A stretch of 63,197 nt of DNA, counting the filler, from Chiloscyllium plagiosum (lineage: Eukaryota): NCBI RefSeq assembly GCF_004010195.1. It is 4 parts of one record of this genome, joined end to end, with 100 filler letters (N's around TTAATTAATTAA, not from the genome) between each part and the next. Parts side by side here need not be neighbours in the genome. Positions count along the whole stretch, not along the records: positions 23,270 to 53,436 come from NC_057712.1; 3 more parts are not named here. One strand, given 5' to 3'. Position 1 is the first letter of the stretch, and each line of letters opens with the position of its first letter. The notes under the pieces were generated by a model. The model searched no databases and was not told the origin of the DNA. It was given only the letters and a program-made list of their open reading frames with translations. A program made the position numbers and the translations under genes. This document shows positions 27,291 to 39,780 of the stretch, one piece after another.

Positions 27291-27460
27291 AAGCTGAGCA
27301 GCTGGGCGTGGTACCTCATAGCCCTGAGTTCTGCCAGCTCACCCTTCAAATGGGGACCAGGTGAGAGGAGGCTCTTTAAGCAGCAACGTAAGGCCTCCCT
27401 TGGTGAGAGGGCGGGCAAAGTATGCTGGGCCTCACGTTAAATTACACAGTTTGGGTGGGA

Positions 27461-27724
27461 GCCATTCAGCCCCATTCCATGAGGTCATATTGTTACCTCT
27501 AATCCACACTCTTGCCTACACCTGATAATCTTTCACCCCCTTTGCTGAACAAGAATGCTGTCTGATGAAGGAGCAGTGCACCAAAAGCTTGTACTTCCAA
27601 ATAAACCTGTTGGACTATAACCTGGTGTTGTGTAATTTTAAACTTTAAGAATATTAAAGGATTCTACTTCCGCCATCATTTCAAGAAAAACATTCCAAAG
27701 CCTAATGACCCTCTGTGAGAAAAT
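27461..27724 (+). repeat. ~265-bp local duplication, copy 1 (CR1 3' fragment with nested PLE family-C terminus)
   Basis: Near-identical to 28920-28967 joined to 29291-29510. Confidence 0.92.
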
Positions 27725-28424
27725 GGAAGAGCAGGCCTTGCCTCCAAAAGTGGAAACAGGGGATTTGACTGTGAACAAAGTTGGAATTACTTTCCAATTT
27801 AAATAAGAACTGATGCAAGATCCGGCTAACTCTCAACTTCCTTGATGGGAGCATGGTCATAACATGTCATTATTAGCATGGGTGCATATGGAAGCGATTT
27901 GTATAAAGAGACTGGGTTTGAAATGGCAATGGAGTTGTCATGATGGTCTGTTGGTGATGTCAATGGCGGGCACTTATGTCAGCATTCTGGACCTGCAGCT
28001 TTTCGACCCCATTAACTTTTGACTAAGACCATAATAGCTTTATGTACTGCAGAGTAAAATAATTGAACACTGGTGCAATTTAGTTTCTGAAGTGGCCTGA
28101 GGAGAGTAGGATTAGCTGTAATATAATCAGTACTTAATGGAATTAAATGCTTTGCATTCCATGTTTTAAACATGGAAAAAGAGATTTTATAAATTTTATG
28201 TGCCGGCATCGAATTTCATCAACTCTCACCCGAAATAAATGGCATAAATTGCATAACATTGTCACAGATGTTCTGAGAATGGGAGGTGAACTGCTCTGTG
28301 TTTACATTTATATTAATACAGTAGAAGGAATTTCAGCCTTTGACAATTGCACAAAGCCTGCAGTTTTGATTTGGCCATGTGTTACATATCTCTCCATGTC
28401 ACTGAAAAACAAACATCAGGAGAG

Positions 28425-28850
28425 AGAAAGAAACATTTATATCAAATCTTCCACAATGCACGATGGCCCAAAGCAGACGCACAGTTAAGTATATTTTTAA
28501 AAAGTTGCTGGAATACAGGAAAGCTGACAGCCATGGCACACAGCAAAATCCCACAATGTGATTGGAATTGGATTTTCTGCTGGGTGAGGGAAGGGCAGGA
28601 CACTAAGGGCATTTCCCCAGCTCTTTTACAAAATAGTGCCATGCGACCTTTTACCCTCCAGCTGGTAGAGACGTTGAGGCCTCCCCAGTTTAACCTATCT
28701 TCTGTAAACCAGTGTTGCCAAAGACCACCCATGCTGCTCCAGGAGTGTCATTCTCGATTACATGCTCAAAGTTCCAGAGTGGGGCTTGGCTCAAAGTTTT
28801 TGACTGAAAGCCAAGGGCGGTACCAATGAACCACAGCTGGCAGGCTAAGC
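28425..28850 (-). mobile_element. Deu-domain SINE
   Basis: Reverse-complement similarity to 2255-2566 (aatagtgccatgcgaccttttaccctcc...cctccccagtttaacctatc). Confidence 0.6.
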
Positions 28851-28974
28851 ATGTGCCGCAAACAAGCAGATGTACACAATGAACATACAAACATAAGGAG
28901 GAATAAAGAGAAAAGGGAGGCCATTCAGCCCCACTCCATGAGGTCATATTGTTACCTCTAATCCACAAAAAAGT

Positions 28975-29291
28975 GGGTGGCACGGTGGCACAGTGGTTAG
29001 CACTGCTGCCTCACAGCGCCAGAGACCCGGGTTCAATTCCCGCCTCAGGCGACTGACTGTGTGGAGTTTGCACGTTCTCCCCGTGTCTGCGTGGGTTTCC
29101 TCCGGGTGCTCCGGTTTCCTCCCACAGTCCAAAGATGTGCAGGTCAGGTGAATTGGCCATGCTAAATTGTCCGTAGTGTTAGGTTAGGGGTATGGGTGGG
29201 TTGCGCTTCGGCGGGGCGGTGTGGACTTGTTGGGCCGAAGGGCCTGTTTCCACACTGTAAGTAATATAATCTAATCTAATCTAATCTAATC
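28975..29291 (+). mobile_element. HE1-type V-SINE, young, inserted in duplication copy 2
   Basis: Intact A and B boxes (tggcacagtgg; ggttcaattcc), V-domain, (aatct)n tail. Confidence 0.92.
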
Positions 29292-29771
29292 ACACTCTTG
29301 CCTACACCTGATAACCTTTCACCCCCTTTGCTGAACAAGAATGCTGTCTGATGAAGGAGCAGTGCACCAAAAGCTTGTACTTCCAAATAAACCTGTTGGA
29401 CTATAACCTGGTGCTGTATAATTTTAAACTTTAAGAATATTAAAGGATTCTACTTCCGCCATCATTTCAAGAAAAACATTCCAAAGCCTAATGACCCTCT
29501 GTAAGAAAATATTATCTCACAATTCTGTATGAAATGGGCGATTCTTGACTTTTAAAAAAGTGACTCCCAGTTCTAGGTTCTCGAGTAAGGGGAAATCACA
29601 GCTACACTTGCGACCCTTCAGGATTTTAAATGTTTCAATTAAGTCACCTTTTCCTCTTCCAAGTTTTAGTGGGAACAAGTATAACATGTCCAAACTTCCA
29701 TCATAAGACAACCTCTTATTTCAAGTGTTAATCAAGTAACCCTCTTCTGACCTGCCTCAAATACACTTACA

Positions 29772-30920
29772 GGGTGGCACAGTGGCTCAGTGATCAGCAC
29801 TGCTGCCTCACAGAACCAGAGACCACGGTTCAATTCTATGTTTGGGAGACTATGCAAGCTCCACACACACCTTCTGCGTGGGTTTCCATCAGGTGCTCTG
29901 GTTTCTTCCCACAGTCCAAAGATGTGAGGTACTGCATTTTGGAAAGGCAAATCAGAGCAGTACTCATATACTTAATGGTAAGGTCCTAGGAAGTGTTGCT
30001 AGACAAAGAGATTTTGGAGTGCAGGTTCATAGCTCTTTGGAAGTGAAGGCACAGGTAAATAGGATAATGAAGATGGTGTTGATATGCTTTCCTTTATCGG
30101 TCAATGCTTTGAGTATAGGAGTTGGGAGGTCATGCTGTGGCTGTACAGGACATTGGTGAGGCCACTATTGGAATACTGCATGCAATTCTGGTTACCCTGC
30201 TATAGGAAGGATTTTGTGAAACTTGAAAGTGTTCAGAAAAGATTTAGAAGGATGTCATCAGATTTAGAGGGTTTGAGCTGTAGAGACAGGCTGAATAGAC
30301 GTGGCTATTTTCCCTGGAGTGTCGGAGGCTGAGGGGTGACGTTGTAGAGGTGACACTTTATAAAAAGATGAGGGGCATGGATAGGTAAATAGACAAGGTC
30401 TTTACCCACAGTTCGGTAGTCCAAAACTAGAGGAGCATAGTTTTAGAGTGAGAGTGAAAAGATTTAGAAGGGACCTAAGGGGCATCTTTTTCACACAGAG
30501 GGTGGTGTGTGTATGGAATGAGCTGCGAGTGGAAGTGGTGGAGGCTGGTACAATTCCAACACTTCAAAGGCATCTGGATGGGTATGTGAATACGAAGGGT
30601 TCAAGGGAAATGGGCCAAATGTTGGCAAATGGGACTAGATTAATTTAGGATATTTGGTCAACATGGATGAGTTAGACTGAAGAGTCTGGTTCCATGCTGT
30701 GCATCTCAATGAGACTATGTGCAAGTTAGATGGAATGGCCATGCTAAATTGCCCTGTAGTGTCCAGGGATGTGCAGGCTAGGTGGATTAACCATGGGGAG
30801 TGCAGGGTGTCAGGGATGGAGTGGGTCTGGTTGGGATGTTCTACAGTGGGCTTGTGTGGACTTGGTGGGCTGAATGGCATGTGTCTATGCTGCAGGGATT
30901 CTGTGGTTGATTCTATAGTT
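29772..30920 (+). mobile_element. HE1-type V-SINE split by a CR1 fragment (~29922-30718)
   Basis: SINE head to ccaaagatgtg, then CR1 (LVRPLLEYCMQFW), then the SINE resumes at atgtgcaagttagatggaatggccatgctaaattg. Confidence 0.8.
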
Positions 30921-31909
30921 TACGGATCTTCTTAAATATAGTGAACAATAGTTTGCACAATATGCTACATGTGACCTCATCTGTGCTCTGTATAACTGAA
31001 GCATAAACCCCTGACTTTTAGACTTGATTTCCTTTGCATTAAATGATAATTTTCTATCAGCTTCACGACTTTTTTGCTACATCTGCAGGCTAACAACTCC
31101 AGTTGGATCATTTTTAAACATTCCTTGCATTATAGCTTATTACTGTCTATCAATGAGTCAAATGTTAATCATTACCAAGTTTGCTCTCGTGCAGTAGACT
31201 ATACTTCGAGCATTGCCCAATCCTATCTGAGACTCAGTGTACATCATCCACTGCCATACAGTTATCAAGGAGACTCATGACATTTTCAGTAGAATCCAAG
31301 AATTACTCAAGGGTATCCTAATCTCATATAATCCTGTTGGCTTTCTCTAACTTGCACCTGTTCTGCAAAATGCACTAATTCTTAATGTAGGTTTAATTAG
31401 AACTCTCTCATCGACCTTTTTTTGAGATACTCATTACATCTTTACGGAAGATGACTTTGGGCACATATAAAACAAAAGAGAAAAGAAAGAATCACGGTCA
31501 GCATTGAAATAGGTTGTCTCATTGTAGTGCAGCACCAACATCACAGCCAAAATAAATTAAGGGGAGATGGAAAATAGAGAAGATAATCTGAGGGCTTCAT
31601 TGTCTGTCTCCCCAGCACAGCTAAATCAATTGGACACATCTAAAACTGGCAATGTAGCAGTTCCTCATCTTTTGGTACTGACGGTGTACTGAGGGGAACA
31701 GACATGAGGGAAATGTAGGACTTTGTGAAGCTCTCTGATGTTGAGTAGTCAGAGTCCTTTGGTTAGCTTTTGGTTGTCTTTGAGATCCTACTATTCCTCT
31801 GCTTCTGAAAGCTGCATGCTGAGGAGATCATACATTGTTGATGGCCCAATCCAGCCTGGTGTTGAGGTTTTCTGGTCTAAAAGTCCTTTATTGAGTCACA
31901 ATGGGTTCA

Positions 31910-32563
31910 GCATGTTAATCAGGAATCAATCATTTCATAGGAATGAGAAGAATCTGTTTATTCTGCACAGATTTGTCAAACTATCCATTGAGGAAATTCA
32001 AATCTATGAGGTGTTGAGAATAATGGGAACATGATGGAAACGTGCTGAGTTGATTGGGCAAGAGGAAAAATCATTCAGGCTTTTGTCTGTGTGAGTTAAT
32101 GTGTTGTAATTAAGTGCTCCTTTCTTGCATGGTCAGATCAATTCCAACCATTAGGGTGGGAGAAGACTATGTGCATTTGCATTTCTTTAATTCTTCTACT
32201 CAGTGGAATTAATTGCCACCTTCACAATTTTTTCTGCCCCGTTGAGATTCTCATCCTTCAGGACTTTGACTGCATTAATGATGCACCTATCTGCCAAGCT
32301 GGGACCTCACCTTTCCCCTGTGTGAGTACACAGGTTTTGTGCTCATATTCCTTCTCTTTCACTTTCACTTTCACTGGAAGTGAGACAGCTGCTATATGCC
32401 TATACACTGATGAAGACACAATGTCTTTCTGGACCATTGTTCCACCCAAATTCTTGTTATTCTCAACACCTCATAAATTTGAATTTCCTCAACAGATAGT
32501 TTGACAAATCTGTGCGGAATAAACAGATTCTTCTCATCCCTTTGAAATTCCTGATTAACATGC
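31910..32563. repeat. ~110-bp inverted repeat pair (31910-32023 and 32457-32563) with ~430-bp spacer
   Basis: gcatgttaatcaggaat...tgagaagaatctgtttattctgcacagatttgtcaaactatc...gaggtgttgagaataa and its reverse complement, with few mismatches. Confidence 0.9.
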
Positions 32564-32732
32564 AATCAATTTGTCTGGGACTTTGTGCACTAACTTTGTG
32601 AATGTTCACTTGTATACAAAAGCTAAATGAAAGAACAAACAGAGCACTTGCTATTATGATTTAAAACATTAAATTTCATGGATGAGTTTCCACTTCCAAG
32701 AAAGAAAAAGAAGTAGTGAGAGTAATTAAAGT

Positions 32733-33042
32733 TGGAACAGTTGAGAACATTGCTGTGCTTAGGCCAAGACAGTGTTCTGCTCAGATGATAGGTGGAGAAG
32801 GAAATTGATTTCATACTTCTATTTCAATTATGTCTGGATTGGATATACATCGCTGAGTTATTTGATAAGAGGATCATTCACTTCAAGATGTCTGGGATAC
32901 AACAGCAGGTGGAACAGTTGAGAACATTGCTGTGCTTAGGCCAAGACAGTGTTCTGCTCAGATGATAGGTGGAGAAGGAAATTGATTTCATATTTCTATT
33001 TCAATTATGTCTGGATTGGATATACATCGCTGAGTTATTTGA
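32733..33042 (+). repeat. 133-bp direct duplication (32733-32865, 32910-33042) around a segment copied from 35111-35157
   Basis: The copies differ at one position I could find; the intervening sequence is identical to 35111-35157. Confidence 0.92.
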
Positions 33043-33199
33043 GTTACTATACTTTCCTCAGTGTAAATTGAATTGTGAATATTGTTATTTCCTCTGAGTT
33101 AGGTGAACCATCTGGTAACATTTTATGAAATTTAAGGCAAAGAAATGGGAACCTTTTCAGCAATGATTAGACAGCCATTTTGACAATTAAGTTTATTTA

Positions 33200-34085
33200 A
33201 TAAGTTTGCAGGTGGCATTTAAATTGGTGGTGTACTGGACAGTGGAGAAAGTTATCTAAGTTAACAAAGATCAGTTGGGTCAATGCGCTGAAGAGTGGCA
33301 AGATGGAGTTTAATTTGGATAAATGTGAGGTATTGCATTTTAGTTAAACAAACAAGGTCAGGACTTATACAGTTAAAAGTAGGGCCTTGCGTAGTGGTGT
33401 AAGACATAGAGACTGGCGGGGGGAGGGGGATGGTTTCAGGAACATAATTCTTTGAAGGTTGTGTCACGTGTAAGACAAGGTATTTAGCATGCTTCTCTTC
33501 GTTGCTCAGACCTTTGCTCCCAGTATAGGAGTTGGGACATTATGTTGACATTATGCAGGATGTTGGTGAGGCTTTTTCTGGAGTACTGTGTCCAGTTCTT
33601 GGTCGAGGAAGGATATTAAGCGGGAGAGGTTTCAGAAGATATTTACCAGGATGTTGCCAGGAATGGAAGGTTTGAGTTATAATGAGAGGCTGGATAGACT
33701 GGGACTTTTTTCACTGGAATGTAGAAGGTTGAAGGGCAATCTCATAGAAGTTTATAAAATCATGAGGGGTATAGATAGGGTTAATGCTAGTTGTCTTTTC
33801 CATAGGATGGGGGATTTAAAGACATGGGGCATATTTTTAAGGTGAGAGGAGAATGATTTATAAAAAACCACTCCAGAGAGTGGTTCATATGAGGAATGAA
33901 CTTCCTGAAGAAATACAGTTACACTGTTTAAAAGACATTTGGATAAGTACATGAATAGGAAAGGTCAGGAAGGATATGGGCCAAGTGCAGACAGGTGGCA
34001 CTAGTTCAGTTTGCGATTATGGTCAGCATGGACTGGTTGGACCGAAGGGTCTGGTTCTGTGTTGTATGACTCTCTGACTCAATAC
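33200..34085 (+). mobile_element. CR1 LINE 3' fragment
   Basis: FTRMLPGMEGLSYNERLDRLGLFSLE. Confidence 0.88.
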
Positions 34086-34464
34086 TTTCAAATGAAACCA
34101 AAACTAGAGTAAGTAGGCAGAATGTCATGTTCTGGTGTGCTATGCAGTGAAACAAGATGACAGCTATCATTTGTTATTGTGTATTCATGAACACTTCCAA
34201 ATGTTGAGAAACAATTGATTGCCATTCCACCTTTGAATATAACATTTTCAAGTAAATTTGAAGAATAGGCAGTTAAGTGGTTGAGAAGTTAACTTCAGGC
34301 AATATAGTTCCAAGTTTGAATGGTGTGTAGCTTAGAGGGGAGGGTGGAGGTGGGATGGGGAATATTCTTATACATTTGCCCTTCTATGTGGCATTGTGGA
34401 TTTGGAAAATGCTGTCAAATTATCCTTTGTGTGTTGCTGCTGTGCATTTTGTGTACATATATAT

Positions 34465-34892
34465 GGGAAGTTTGAGTTATAAAGAAAGGCTGGATAGGCT
34501 GGGACTTTTTTTCAGTGGAGTGTAGGAGGTTGAGAGGTGACCTTATAGAGGTTTATAAAATGATGAGGAGAATGGATAGGGTTAATGTTGGTTGTGTTTT
34601 CCCTAGGATGGGGGATTTCAAAACTAAGGTGGACATTTTTAAGAAGAGAAGAGAGAGATTTGAATACCATATTAACTGCTTTCTCAGCTTGCCCTGCAAC
34701 ATGTTTTCAATTGTATCCAATGTGATTGAGACAGAATACTCAATTAGAGCCGTAGAGTCATAGAGATGTACAACATGGAAAAAGACGCTTTGGTCCAACT
34801 CATCCATGCCGACCAGATATCCTAAATTAATCTTGTCCCATTTGCCAGCATTTTGACCCAAATCCCTCTAAACCCTTCATGTTCATGTACCT
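34465..34892. mobile_element. Two short CR1 fragments in opposite orientations
   Basis: + ECRRLRGDLIEVYKMM; - 3' end tcatagagatgtacaacatggaaa. Confidence 0.75.
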
Positions 34893-35139
34893 ACATGCAT
34901 GTGTAAAAGTAAATGTTGTCATGCTTCAGACCAGAGACATTTCCATATGAAGTTTTAGAAAGCTCAAAACATTTTTTTTTAAATAGAACACAATAACATT
35001 TTTCTTTAAAAAATTGATGTTTTGTCCCTGCATAATAGGAATACACATATAATCTAGGAATAAATGTGCACATCAGTGGAGATGATCTATTCCAGCCCAT
35101 CTCCTGGGGCTGATAAGAGGATCATTCACTTCAAGATGT

Positions 35140-35755
35140 CTGGGATACAACAGCAGGGATGTACTGCTGAGGCCGTACAAGACTCTGGTCAGATTACATT
35201 TGAAATATTGTGAGTGGCTTTGGGTTCTGTATCTAAGGAAGGATGTGTTGGTCAATAAGGAGGTCCAAAGGAGGTTTACAAGAATGATCCCAGGGGATGA
35301 AGGCTCGTCATATGGGGAATGGTTGAGGACTTTGGGCCTATACTCGATAGAGTTTAGAAAAATGAGGGGGCTTCTGATTGAAACTTTGAGAAAGCTGAGG
35401 GGTCCAGAGAGAAGGAACATAGAGAAGATGTTTCCATTAATAGGAGAGACTAGGACCTGAAGACCACAGCCTTAGAATGAAGGGACAGCTCTTTAGTACT
35501 GACATGAGGAGGAATTTCTTCAGCCAGAGGATGGTGAATCTGTGGATATCATTGTCACAGAAGGCTGTGGAGGCCAAATCATTGAGTGCATGTGAGTCAG
35601 AACTGAATACTACGGGGTTACTACGGGGAATCAAGGGTTATGGGGAGAAGGCAGGAAAATGGGATTAAAACATATTGGCCACAGTTGAATGATGGAGCAG
35701 ACGTGATGGGCTGAATGGTCTAATTCTGCTTCCATATCTTATGGTCTTATGGATT
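35140..35755 (+). mobile_element. CR1 LINE 3' fragment
   Basis: EVQRRFTRMIPG...RNFFSQRMVNLWISL; tcttatgg tail. Confidence 0.88.
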
Positions 35756-38734
35756 CTTCATATAAAGCCCATGCCATTTAACTCTCTAGGTTAATTTGAA
35801 TAGCCTGCCCTTCCATTGTGAGTAAGTATCAGAGCATTTACAGGATTCCTGTCTGTCTCTCACACTTCCAGTGCTCAAAGACTTTTTAAAGCTTCTAAGT
35901 TTCTTTAAGTGAAACTGTATCCCAGCTTTCATTTGTACCCTCTGAGCTCATTTCAAGCAATCTGTATTCTGGAGACCAGCCTAAAATTCAATATATGACT
36001 GAAGGAAAGTGAGAAAGTAAAGTGAGCAGCAAATCTGCTTCTCAGATAGTTGGCTGGTGAGTTTTAATTGAGATGAGGACAAAGAGAATGGGTTTTCTCC
36101 CATCAGACATTGATCACATCAGGACAACACTAAGTCCTGCCTGAAAAAACATTAGAAATAGCGTCACCAGCTTCAGCCCCAGCAAGCATGGTTAGGGAGT
36201 AAAAAGAACATAAACACTCTCACAAGAGCTGAGAGAGTGAGCACACCTCTATATTTCCTCATCTGAACAACACAACACTTATTTGACCACCCCCCCCCCC
36301 CCCCCGCTCCCTCACGACCTGTGACGATTCCATGTCCTCTATCCTGAGGACACACTGTATCAGCACACTTTCTTACCGGCAAGAGCACACTCACCTCTTC
36401 CTACCCTCCCATCACAACACAAGCTACCATTCTCTTCCAAAATAATAGCACAACATTAATTCTCGGCTTCTGCTACTGAAGGACAAACAAGTTCATAGAA
36501 CAAAGACAGTGAAAAAGAGTGAAGGAGGGGATACATACATTTATGCTACTCAATTAGGGTAGCATATCCAACCTTAAAAGCACCATAAGACTTTTGAAAA
36601 GCATGACTGAGAACATTCCAACATAAGACCTATATAGGTTAACTTGTAACCTTCAGCTGTGTCAGCAAAATGCAACAAGCTTCAGAAATTTACACTAAGT
36701 TGTCAAGACTATTGCCTGGTAATATGTTATTCCAATTCTTCTGTGTTATCTTTTCTCGGTGTTCCTTTGAACTGCCAGACCTTGTTTCTTCAGAAACTTT
36801 GGAAGATGAACACCCCCCCAAGGGTGGACCACCAATCCCTCAGAGACACCAGCTCAAAATGGGCTCAAAAACATGAAGGTTAGATAGTCATGCAGAGAGG
36901 TGCCTGTCCATCCACATGGAGAGATAGCTGTTGTGGCTTTGACAGCCATTGGCAAACATAGCACCTTGGTTCAGCATGAATCTGGGCCTGCGACTGAGGT
37001 TTAGACCAGCCTGTTTCAGGAAGTGCAGGCTGTGAGATATACAGTGACCCCAACAGCAGAGATTGCAATGCCATACCTCGACTTGGTTTTGAGAAAGGTG
37101 AGCAACAAATGAGATGAATGCTACAGAGTGTAGCCAAACACTCATATAGCCGTGACTGTTGCATGCTAATTATTAAACAGAGGAAAAGAGGTTAAATTCT
37201 TGATATTGTGAGGACAAAAGATATTCTCTTAGCCATAGTGTGATTAGAGAGACCTTTCTGTACAATTGAATAAGTAGGAATTTATTACATGACATTTCAA
37301 TGGGAAATAATACAAGGGAATTTTCACCATAGCCATTTTTTTTATCTGGAAGAATATGCAGCATAGAAACAGAGGTAATCCTAATCAGCACAATGGGCAG
37401 CAGTGCGATCACTGATGAAACATAATGCAGTAAAAATGTAATTGTTAATTCTATGATGGACTATTCCTAGTCACAGCAAGCACCAGGCTGTCAGATCATG
37501 AAAGGTCCAAGACCACGATTAAAAGCCATATCTCACTGCGAACAGGAAAAAAAAAGACAGCAAGATGAGGAACAGCTGATATGGAACTATCCTTCTTTAT
37601 GGGAATGAACATCGTGTTCAGCTACCATCACACACCTCTCTTTGATAGTTTGATCAGTATTTTGCCAAGCTGTCATGAAGGATTTGGCTGCTGGAGAATT
37701 ATATTCAATGTTTTGTTTATTTCCATGAATTGTTAGCTTTCAAACTCCAGTACTTCTTCCAGTCTGCCCATATAAAGCCCTGTCCCAGTAATGATGAGGA
37801 ATCCTTTGTATTTTTCATTTCTGGAATTCTAAGATACCTACAACAACGGTTCCAAAAAATAAGCTTCTTGCTGCCAATATATTAATAAATTGTGTTTTAA
37901 TAAAATCTCTAACCTTGTGTGTTAACCTGTCTCTATCTATCATACCTTGTGTACCAAGACATGGGATTAATAAACTTTGCTAGATGTTTGTTAATACCTG
38001 CATAATTTCAGACCGTCAATGAGTAGAAACAGAAAACCCATTGAGATTTAGTCCAGTATTTAGATTGCCACAAATCTTTCAAAGCTCAAATTTGATTTAA
38101 TGCTGCAACAATAAGTGAACTGTTTTATCTCTTGCATGACATGTGGATGTGTGTTTTTTTCCTTATCGAGACTTCACACGGAAATAGGCAAACATAAAGT
38201 GAACTTATTCATAAGCAGCATTCTTTGCACAGCAGTCTTTTCCTGCATATAATTCCCTCAATACTGTGGCTTTTAAAATCTACACTTGGCAGTGAATACA
38301 TGAACGTTAAATGCCCACTGAGACCATAACACTAACTCTCCAGCTTTGGACCTCATGCCAACATTGAGTGCTCTCTGATGTAAGCTCTTCCTGTTTATCT
38401 CCAGTGAAGCAGGAAGGCTGAGCTGATTGTCCTTTTGTTTAAATACCTCAGCAGCTGTAACAATATTGAGTATCTTCTTTTGCTTCGCGATCATTCTATC
38501 AGCATTTGTTGAAGTTTTAAAACCATTTTGGTAAAAATCATGCCATTTTCTGCTCTGTTGACAGACAGTTTCATGAACTCAGGTGTCAACATGAACTTGA
38601 ATCAATGATTAAGTTAGAATCCTTTAAAGAATAATTTATGATCAACCAGTTGGAAAACATATCCTAGATGTTTTAGATAAAAACAAGAGCAACATAAAAG
38701 CAGAAATATACTTATGATTCTTCCCCTCTTCACA

Positions 38735-39268
38735 CAATCCCTGCAGGGCGGAAGCAGGCTATTTTGCCCATCAAATCTACATCAGCCCTCTGAAGAGCAT
38801 CCCACACAATCCCTGCATTGCCCATGGTGAATCCACCTAGCCAAGATTAGAGTGATGCTGGAAAAGCACAGCAGGTCAGGCAGCATCCGAGGAGCAGGAG
38901 AACCGATGTTTGGGGCAAAAGCCGTTTATCAGTAATTCCTGATAAAAGGCTTTTGCCCGAAACGTTGATTTTCCTGCCTCCTCGAATGCTGCTGACCTGC
39001 TGTGCTTTTCCAGCACCACTCTGATCTTGACTCTAATCTCCAGCATCTGCAGTACCCACTTAACCCACCTAGCCAGCGCATCCCTGGACACTATGGAAAA
39101 TTTAGCATGGCCATCCACCTAACCTGCACATCTTTGGACTGTGGGAAGAAGCCAGAGCATACAGAAGCAATGTGCAAACTCCATGCAGAGAGTCAACTGA
39201 GGGTGGAATCAAGCCCAGATCCCTGGTGCTGTGAGGCAGCAGTGCGAACCACTGAGCCACCATGCCTC
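38735..39268 (-). mobile_element. HE1-type V-SINE interrupted by a palindromic PLE element (38844-39064)
   Basis: 11-bp TSD CCACCTAGCCA at 38833-38843 and 39065-39075; arms centred on atcagtaattcctgat. Confidence 0.85.
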
Positions 39269-39279
39269 CCTTCTTCATA

Positions 39280-39780
39280 GGCAATCCCTTGGGATCGATA
39301 ATGAATTCCTTCCACTCCGTGGCATGTGCTCAGATAACTAAACTGCCCAATGCTGTACCTTACAGCCTGATGCAAGGGGCAGGCTGTATTTGCTGAAGCA
39401 AATGGCTGAGATACTCAAATGTTTGTCCACTCCCTCTACCCTTTCTATTAGCTCTTGATCTGAATGTATTGGAAACGCTCAGGGCAGTTTCACTTCTTGC
39501 AAATGCTCATTGGATGGTGGTGGGGTAGAGTCGGAGGGAAAACTGGATACTTTCTGGGAGGATTTCAGGATGTCCTTGTAGCATCTCCTTGGCCCTCCTA
39601 ATACCTGCTTCATGTGATGAAGTAGAGAGTAGAAGGCTTGTTTTGAAAGACTTGTGTCAGGTAGGCCTACCCAATCCAGCTGACTGTTCATAACCACAGA
39701 GTCGACATTAGGGATGTTTGTGCGAGAGAAAACACTGATATTGGAGCATGTATCATACCAATGGATTCTGTGGTGGCATT
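39280..39780 (-). mobile_element. RTE-clade LINE C-terminal fragment
   Basis: LPDTSLSKQAFYSLL...GGPRRCYKDILKSS resembles the RTE motif RMPDxRLPKQxFYxEL...GGQRKRYKDxLK. Confidence 0.65.

Noticed and set aside
28975..29050. tRNA-like A/B boxes, also in the other SINE heads
   Set aside because: They continue directly into V-SINE bodies, so they are SINE promoters and not tRNA genes.
32408..32430. CTGATGA followed by an AGACA/TGTCT stem, hammerhead-like
   Set aside because: It lacks the GAAA and UH core after the stem.
32733..33042. Repeat-spacer-repeat as a CRISPR-like array
   Set aside because: There are only two 133-bp repeats, the context is eukaryotic with no cas genes, and the spacer is a local copy. 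Templated insertion explains it.
38273..38494. Minus-strand open frame of ~100 codons stop-to-stop
   Set aside because: No recognisable similarity, and this length is expected by chance.
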